64,000 bases of DNA, from NCBI GenBank assembly GCA_963730185.1, contig CAVSQW010000007.1, forward strand, positions 608,001 to 672,000, read 5' to 3'. The DNA is from an uncultured Gemmatimonadales bacterium (GTDB taxonomy: Bacteria > Gemmatimonadota > Gemmatimonadetes > Gemmatimonadales > GWC2-71-9). Position 1 is the first letter of the stretch. Each line of letters begins with the position of its first letter. The notes under the pieces were generated by a model. The model did not search any database. It worked only from the letters and a program-made list of their open reading frames with translations, and was not told the origin of the DNA. The position numbers were made by a program, and so were the translations under genes. This document shows, piece by piece, positions 57,780 to 64,000 of the stretch.

Positions 57780-57974
57780 GCTATGTCTCGCTAGCTTTGA
57801 GCTTTTATTTTAACAGCACCACATTATCACATTAGTTCTGGAGGACTTCATGCCCGGAGACAGTACGCTCCGTGGCCTGGGAACGTTGCGCTGAGGGATC
57901 GGCCCAGCGGCTTCGAGAGGTGTCCGGGTAACGTCCCCGGGGCTTATGATTGCGGGACCACCGACTGGAGTCCG

Positions 57975-59309
57975 ATGACGGGCCGTCGTCGCCACCTGGC
58001 TGTCCCCCTGGTTCTCGCCGCCCTCGCCGGGTGCGCGGGGCGGACGCCGCCGCCGGTCCCGGTGCCCTCGTCGGACCCGTGTCTGATTCCGGCCGCTGCC
58101 GGCGCCACCCCGCTGGATACGGTCCGGGTCGGGGTCGACGGCCCGGTCCGGATCGACTCCCTGGCGACGCCGGTCACCAGCGCCGAGCGGCTGGTAGCCC
58201 GCCAGCTCTATGCGGGGTTGGTCCGGCTCGACTGCGAGGGCGGGGTCAGGCCGGACCTGGCCGTGCGATGGACTCGCGACCCGCGCGGGCCGTCCTGGTT
58301 GCTCGACCTCCGCCCCGACGCCCGGTTCGACGACGGCATGGTCATCGACGCGACGGCCGTGCGCGACGCCTGGCTCGCCCGGGAGCCGGTCCGCGGCTGG
58401 CTGGCCGCGGGGCGTCTGGCCGTCGAGGTCGTCGGCCCCCGGTCTCTCCGGGTCACCCTGCCGCCCGGAGAGGGCGACTCGACCCCGGCCCCGCTCGCCG
58501 ACCGCCGGCTCGCGATTCGGGGGGCGCCCGGCGCGGACGGCGTGGCGGCGGCCTCGGGTGCCTACCGGCGACCGGCGGCGGCCGCCGCTTCAGGGGTGGT
58601 GTTGGTCCCGCGGGGATGGGGACCGATCCTCCGGATCGTCGAGCTCCCGCCGGGCCTCGACGGGCGGGACGTCCTGGACCGGGAGGCGCCCCGGGTCGAC
58701 CTGCTGGTGACCCGTGACCCCGAGACCGCGGATTACGCCCGGGACCGCGGCGACCTGTCGGTGGTCCCGCTGGCCTGGGACCGGACCTATGCGCTCGTCG
58801 AGCCGGCCGGCGGCGACGCCGTCCCGACGCCGGCCGAGCGGACGGCACTGGCCCGTGATGCGGTCCGGGCGGTCGCCCGAGCCGCGGTGCCGCCCTATTG
58901 GTGGGAGCGCGACCCGGCCTGCCGGCGGGATTCGGTGTCGATCCCGGTCGGGGGACTCCCCGAGGGCATCCTCTATCGGACCCGCGATCCGGTGGCGCGA
59001 GCGCTGGCCGAGCGGGTCGTTGCCTTGGCGGGCCAGACGACCGCGCCGGCCTGGCTGAGCTGGCCCGCCGCGCCGCTCCGGGTCGCCGGCGGCGACGAGC
59101 GAGCGCTCGCCGGCGCCCGTTCCCGGCTGGGGGCGGTCGCGATCGTCGACCTGCCCCGGGTCCCGGCGCCGGCCTGTCTCGGCGCCGGGCTCGCGCCCGG
59201 TCTCCGACTCGTCCCCTTGATCGAGACCCGCGCCCACGTCGTGACCCGTCGCGGGGTGCCGTCGCTCGACCTCGACGGCGCCGGGCTCTTCCTCGTCCAA
59301 CCCCGCTGA
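57975..59309 (+). CDS. Lipoprotein with family-5 solute-binding-protein-like N-terminus
   Basis: LAGC lipobox; LYAGLVRLD...PDLAVRW...LRPDARFDDG...DATAV. Confidence 0.75.
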   Translation: MTGRRRHLAVPLVLAALAGCAGRTPPPVPVPSSDPCLIPAAAGATPLDTVRVGVDGPVRIDSLATPVTSAERLVARQLYAGLVRLDCEGGVRPDLAVRWTRDPRGPSWLLDLRPDARFDDGMVIDATAVRDAWLAREPVRGWLAAGRLAVEVVGPRSLRVTLPPGEGDSTPAPLADRRLAIRGAPGADGVAAASGAYRRPAAAAASGVVLVPRGWGPILRIVELPPGLDGRDVLDREAPRVDLLVTRDPETADYARDRGDLSVVPLAWDRTYALVEPAGGDAVPTPAERTALARDAVRAVARAAVPPYWWERDPACRRDSVSIPVGGLPEGILYRTRDPVARALAERVVALAGQTTAPAWLSWPAAPLRVAGGDERALAGARSRLGAVAIVDLPRVPAPACLGAGLAPGLRLVPLIETRAHVVTRRGVPSLDLDGAGLFLVQPR

Positions 59310-59418
59310 TTTCCGGCATCCGGATTCTCGGCGTGCGCCGGCCGGTTCTCGCGCCGGGCCGGCCGACCTATCATTGGCGGTATCGGATCGTGTTTCGCGG
59401 TCCCGTCGCCGACCGCCG

Positions 59419-61086
59419 ATGACCTTTCGGGTTCGCCTCTCCCTCGCTTTCGCCGCCGCCGCGCTCCTGCCGCTCGTCGGGTTCGGCCTCGGCGTCCGGC
59501 ACGAGATGACGACCCGCCTCGACCAGCAGGCCGCCGAGCGGGTCGCCTCGCTGGTCGCCGTGCTCCGGGCCGACCTCCGGGGCGAGATCCGCCTCACCCG
59601 GGAGCGGCTCCGGGCGTTGGACCAGTCCCTCCAGGACGACAATCGGTTTCGGCTCGCCGTGGCGGGGGGCGATCGGCGCTGGCTCCTCGACTGGGCCGGC
59701 CAGGCCATGCGGGCCAGCGGGCTCGACCTCCTGGTGCTCCAGGACTCGGCCGGCCGGATCTTGAGCTCGGGCCACTTCCGGAACGACTACGACCGGCTCG
59801 ATCCGGACCTCCCCAAGATCCTGACCTGGGCCGCCGACGGCGCGGCCCTGCTGCGGGTCCGCGCCCCGGAGGGAACGATCCGGGCCATGGCCGGGATCGA
59901 TTCGTTCCGGGTTGGTGGCCGTCCGTACACCCTGATCGGGGGACGGGAGGTGGATTCGGCCCGGATCAGCAACCTGGCCCGCGACGGTGAGATCGCGGTC
60001 ACCCTGGTGCTCGGCGATTCCGTCTGCACCCCGGGTGCGCCCTGCGGCCCCGGCGAGCCGGTCACGGAAGTCGCCCTGGCGTATCGCGATGAGGTGACGC
60101 CGGACCAGGGCCAGACGGCCCGGCTGGTGGTGACGCGGGATCCTGGCCCGGCGGCCGCGCTCCGCCGGAACGTCGACCGGTGGTGGGCCCTGGCGATGGG
60201 GGCCACCCTGCTCATCGCGCTCGGTCTGGGCGGGTGGCTCGCGGCCCGGCTCTCGCGACCGATCGCCGCGTTGGCGGAACGGACCGCGCGGCTCGACCTG
60301 GACCGGCTCGATCAGGACTTCGCGACCGATCGGCCGGACGAGATCGGCGCACTGAGTCGCCTGCTCGATGCCATGACTGGACGGCTCCGGGCCAGCGCGA
60401 GCCGGCTCCGTGAGGTGGAGCGACGGGCCGCGACGGGCGACCTGGCCCGGCAGGTCAATCACGACATCAAGAACGGGTTGGCACCGATCCGACACGTGGT
60501 GCGTCACCTGAGCGAGGTGGCGGAGCGGGACCCCGGCCAGCTGCCCGCGATCTTCGCGGAGCGGAAGGGTACCCTGGAGTCGAGCGTGGACTATCTCGAC
60601 ACCCTGGCCCGGAACTACGCCCGGCTGTCGCCGGCGCTCGACCGGAGCGCCAGTCATCCCAACGCGATCCTGGCCGAGGTCGCTCGCGCGGTCAGCGGGC
60701 CAGGCATTACCGTCGAGACCCGGCTGGCCGAGGCGCCACCGGCGGTCCGGGCCGATCCCGTGGTGATGCGGCGGGTGCTCGAGAATCTGGTGAGCAACGC
60801 GGTCGAGGCGCTCGACGGCCAGCCGGGCCGGATCGCGCTCGCCACCAGCGTGGTCGGCGAGGCCGGCGAGCGGCGCGTTCGGATCACCGTGTCCGACACG
60901 GGCCGGGGGATGAGCCGCGACGAGCTCGATCGCGCGTTCGAGGACTTCTCCACCACCAAGCCCGCCGGCACCGGCCTCGGCCTCACCGTGGTTCGACGAC
61001 TGCTGGTGGACCTCGGCGGCTCGGTCCGGGTCGATACCGCACCGGGGCAGGGGAGCACCTTTACCGTGGAGATTCCCGTCGCATGA
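59419..61086 (+). CDS. Membrane sensor histidine kinase (HAMP-HisKA-HATPase)
   Basis: Two TMs, DEIGAL, NHDIKNGLAP, NLVSNA, DTGRGM, GTGLGL. Confidence 0.93.
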   Translation: MTFRVRLSLAFAAAALLPLVGFGLGVRHEMTTRLDQQAAERVASLVAVLRADLRGEIRLTRERLRALDQSLQDDNRFRLAVAGGDRRWLLDWAGQAMRASGLDLLVLQDSAGRILSSGHFRNDYDRLDPDLPKILTWAADGAALLRVRAPEGTIRAMAGIDSFRVGGRPYTLIGGREVDSARISNLARDGEIAVTLVLGDSVCTPGAPCGPGEPVTEVALAYRDEVTPDQGQTARLVVTRDPGPAAALRRNVDRWWALAMGATLLIALGLGGWLAARLSRPIAALAERTARLDLDRLDQDFATDRPDEIGALSRLLDAMTGRLRASASRLREVERRAATGDLARQVNHDIKNGLAPIRHVVRHLSEVAERDPGQLPAIFAERKGTLESSVDYLDTLARNYARLSPALDRSASHPNAILAEVARAVSGPGITVETRLAEAPPAVRADPVVMRRVLENLVSNAVEALDGQPGRIALATSVVGEAGERRVRITVSDTGRGMSRDELDRAFEDFSTTKPAGTGLGLTVVRRLLVDLGGSVRVDTAPGQGSTFTVEIPVA

Positions 61087-62429
61087 GCCGGATCCTGGTC
61101 GTCGACGACGTGTCCCCGCTGGCCGAGCAGTATGCATACGATCTGACCCGGCTGGGCGGACACGAGGTGGCGGTGGCCACCAACGGGCCCGCCGCGCTGG
61201 CCGCGATCGCGGAGGGCGACCTCGATTGCGTCGTGCTGGATCTCGAGATGCCGGGCATGGACGGCTTCGAGGTGCTCCGCACCCTCCGCCATCGGGGGGT
61301 GGAGGTTCCGGTCATCGTCTACACCGGGACCGGCGACTTCGACCGCTGCGTGCAGGCCGTGAAGCTCGGCGCGGCCGGCTTCATCGACAAGGCCGAGCCG
61401 ATGGTGCGGGTGGCGCAGGAGATCGCGGCGGCGGTGGAGCGCCAGCGGCTCCGCCTCGAGGTGCGAGCCCTCCAGACCCGGCTCGGCGACACCAGCCTGA
61501 TCGGCGCCAGCCCGCCCATGGCGGCGCTTCGTGAAGCCATCGCCCGGCTGGCGCCGATTCCGAGCACGGTCCTGATTCTCGGCGAGAGCGGGACCGGCAA
61601 GGAGCTGGTGGCTCGAGAGCTCCATCGCCGGGGACCCCGGGCCGCGGGACCGTTCGTGCCGATCAACGGCGGGGCCCTGCCCGAGCACCTGGTGGAAAGC
61701 GAGCTCTTCGGGCACGAGCGGGGCGCCTTCACGGGAGCGGTCGCCGCGAGGAAGGGCGCGTTCGAGGCGGCCCACGGCGGCACCCTCTTCCTCGACGAGG
61801 TCGGCGAGCTTCCCCTGGCCGCGCAGGCATCGCTCCTCCGGGTCCTGGAGGACCGGGTCGTGACCCGCGTCGGCAGCACCCGGGGCACGCCGGTCGATGC
61901 TCGGGTGGTCGCCGCCACCAACCGCGATCTCGACCACGCGGTCCATGCGGGCGGCTTTCGTGAAGACCTGCTCTATCGCTTGAACCCGCACGTGATTCGA
62001 GTTCCGCCGCTGCGAGAGCGGCGCGAGGATGTCATCGAATTAGCGCAACGCTTCGTCGTCGCTATCTGCCAGCGATTCGGAATGCTCCCGAAGGTCCTGT
62101 CGGGCGAGGCCAAGGACCTGTTGGTCCGCTACGACTGGCGCGGGAACAACGTCCGGGAGCTGCGGAACGTGATCGAGCGGATGGTGGTGTCGGCGGACGG
62201 GGAAATGCTTCGGGTGGAACACGTCCCGTCGGAGCTGCGCGGCGGCGACTCGGTGCGGGAGCCGGCGCCGACGTTTCAGTCGTTGAAGCACGAGGCCGAG
62301 CGGGCGATCGTCCTGGGCGCGTTGGAGCAACATGAATGGCAGATAACACGGACGGCGGAGTGGCTCGGTCTGTCGGACCATGCCAGCTTGCTCAAGATGA
62401 TGCGGCGCTTGGGGATACGCCGGGAGTGA
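61083..62429 (+). CDS. NtrC-family sigma54 response regulator
   Basis: ILVVDD, DLEMPGMDG, GESGTGKE, GAFTGA, LFLDE, NVREL, C-terminal HTH; ATGA overlap with the kinase. Confidence 0.95.
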   Translation: MSRILVVDDVSPLAEQYAYDLTRLGGHEVAVATNGPAALAAIAEGDLDCVVLDLEMPGMDGFEVLRTLRHRGVEVPVIVYTGTGDFDRCVQAVKLGAAGFIDKAEPMVRVAQEIAAAVERQRLRLEVRALQTRLGDTSLIGASPPMAALREAIARLAPIPSTVLILGESGTGKELVARELHRRGPRAAGPFVPINGGALPEHLVESELFGHERGAFTGAVAARKGAFEAAHGGTLFLDEVGELPLAAQASLLRVLEDRVVTRVGSTRGTPVDARVVAATNRDLDHAVHAGGFREDLLYRLNPHVIRVPPLRERREDVIELAQRFVVAICQRFGMLPKVLSGEAKDLLVRYDWRGNNVRELRNVIERMVVSADGEMLRVEHVPSELRGGDSVREPAPTFQSLKHEAERAIVLGALEQHEWQITRTAEWLGLSDHASLLKMMRRLGIRRE

Positions 62430-62539
62430 CCGGTGATGGGAAGCCGAAGTGAGCGGGCGTGGATAATTCATCCACTTGCGCTCGGATTTCGTGGTTACTA
62501 CTCTGTAGCACCTCTTTATTAACTGACTTGAATGACGAA

Positions 62540-62556
62540 CCGGCACTGCTCGCGCA
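62540..62556 (+). promoter_or_regulatory. Putative sigma54 -24/-12 promoter CCGGCACTGCTCGCGCA
   Basis: GG-N10-GC spacing with GGCAC core, between the activator gene and the TonB receptor. The -12 box lacks the canonical TT. Confidence 0.5.
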
Positions 62557-62887
62557 CCGCGAGCTTGGCAGCGGACATATCGGCCGTGCGGCAGCTCGGT
62601 CCGAGAGGCGCTGGGGTCCGAAGGATCGTATCCAAAGCACAGTTGACAGGGCGGTAGGACGAGGAGACCGGCGGGCTGGCCGGTTGTTTTTCGCAGCGAG
62701 CGCGCGGCACGTTGGAACCTTGGGGGGCGTGCCTGCCGTAGTGTGGATCTCCATTCGGATCACAGGGTCAACGCCGGCGCGGGACAGTGCGACCGGCGTC
62801 CCATTCAAGGCGCCCCGGCGACGGTCGGTGCCCGTTTTTTCTCAATTCGTCGGTGGGTGCAGTTTGGCTAAATCACTGGGGGTTGTC

Positions 62888-64000
62888 ATGCATTTGCCCT
62901 ACCTGACCAGACGGATTCGCTCGGTGGGAGCGATCGCGCTGGGCTTGTCCCTGCTCTTGCTCGGCGGCGGCAGACCGCTGGCCGCGCAAGGCAACGTCTC
63001 GATCCGCGGCACGGTGACGGAAGGCGCGACGCAGCGGCCGGTCGCCGGTGCCGCGGTGCTCCTGGTGGAGCGGAGCCTCCGGGCGCAAGCGGACGCCAAC
63101 GGCGTCTTCCAGTTTCGGGACGTGCCGGCCGGCCAGTACACGCTGACGGTGCGCGCGATCGGCTTTTCGCCGTCGACCCAGACGGTCACGGTGGGTGGCG
63201 GGGCGCCGGCCACGGCGGACTTTGCCCTGGTGCGCGCGGTCATCAAGCTCGACGAAGTCGTGGTGACCGGAACCGCCGGCCAGACCTCCAAGCGCGAGAT
63301 CGGCAATTCGGTGAGCAGTGTCGAGGTCGGTGAGCTGACCGAAGTCGCCCCGATCAACAACGTCCAGGAGCTGCTGAACGCCCGGGCGCCCGGTCTGACG
63401 CTGACGTCGAACTCGGGTCTCCTCGGGGCGGCCTCCTCGGTGCAGATCCGAGGCGCCGGTTCGCTCAACGCCGGGTACACGCCGGTGTACTACATCGACG
63501 GGATCCGGTTCGAGGCCAACCAGGTGGCCACCGGCGGGGTGACCAACGGCACGGTCCAGTATTCGAGCCCGATGGACTTCATCAATCCCTCGGACATCGA
63601 GCGGATCGAGGTGATCAAGGGCCCGGCCGCCGCGACGCTCTACGGGGCCGACGCGGCGGGCGGCGTGATCCAGATCATCACCAAGAAGGGCATCCGCGGT
63701 GGTGAGCGGGTCCAGTGGCAGGCGAGCGCGGGCTACTCGTCGTCCAAGTGGATCGCCGACATTCCGCTCAACTACTACCAGTGCAACGCGGCCAAGATCC
63801 GGAACGCCACGAGCTATCCGGGCTGCCACGACCCGAGCTCGGTCACCTATGCGACGCAGAACGGCATGGTGACCGGGATTCCCGAGTCGGACATCACCCG
63901 CTACGGCGACTCGCTGTTCGTGATCGTGGACAACCCGTTGGCTCGTGACCCGTCCGCGCTTCGGACCGGCGCCGGCGGCGACTTCAAGCTCTCGGCCCGG
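62888..64000 (+). CDS. SusC/RagA-like TonB-dependent receptor (3'-truncated)
   Basis: Signal peptide, carboxypeptidase-regulatory-like domain, LDEVVVTG, IRGAGS, YYIDG, INPSDIERIEVIKGPAAATLYGADAAGGVIQIITKKG. Confidence 0.93.
   Translation, partial: MHLPYLTRRIRSVGAIALGLSLLLLGGGRPLAAQGNVSIRGTVTEGATQRPVAGAAVLLVERSLRAQADANGVFQFRDVPAGQYTLTVRAIGFSPSTQTVTVGGGAPATADFALVRAVIKLDEVVVTGTAGQTSKREIGNSVSSVEVGELTEVAPINNVQELLNARAPGLTLTSNSGLLGAASSVQIRGAGSLNAGYTPVYYIDGIRFEANQVATGGVTNGTVQYSSPMDFINPSDIERIEVIKGPAAATLYGADAAGGVIQIITKKGIRGGERVQWQASAGYSSSKWIADIPLNYYQCNAAKIRNATSYPGCHDPSSVTYATQNGMVTGIPESDITRYGDSLFVIVDNPLARDPSALRTGAGGDFKLSAR

Noticed and set aside
62459..62475. Replication origin from DnaA-box-like sequences
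   Set aside because: There are only two imperfect boxes and no dnaA/dnaN context. An activator-binding palindrome is more plausible.
62560..62887. Cobalamin riboswitch upstream of the TonB receptor
   Set aside because: I could not find the conserved B12-box elements by eye.

Overview
High-GC bacterial DNA. Gene content resembles Gemmatimonadota (inference from the kinase family, ADOP permease and SusC-like receptor). The first 35 kb hold a same-strand array of Hanks-type Ser/Thr kinases: nine near-complete genes (K1-K9), the tail of a probable tenth, and four remnants. Near-identical kinase domains are joined to very different C-terminal modules: TolB_N-like/TPR, PD40-type beta-propellers and an alpha/beta-hydrolase. 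Interspersed cargo includes a cytochrome c peroxidase remnant, an FN3 protein, enoyl-CoA hydratase/IOR and an ECF42-DGPF locus. Next is an ECF sigma / zinc anti-sigma / exported TPR-CHAT protease module, with a repeated promoter-like motif that also precedes two secreted-protein genes. The rest is a tandem blue-copper lipoprotein, an amide/peptide catabolic operon, mgtE, an ADOP permease, a Rieske protein, an XRE regulator, and an SBP-HK-NtrC system upstream of a TonB-dependent receptor. Many genes carry single-base frameshifts, often in G/C runs and probably from sequencing, so several coordinates are reconstructed by hand. No rRNA, tRNA, CRISPR array, integrase, transposase or reverse transcriptase was seen.
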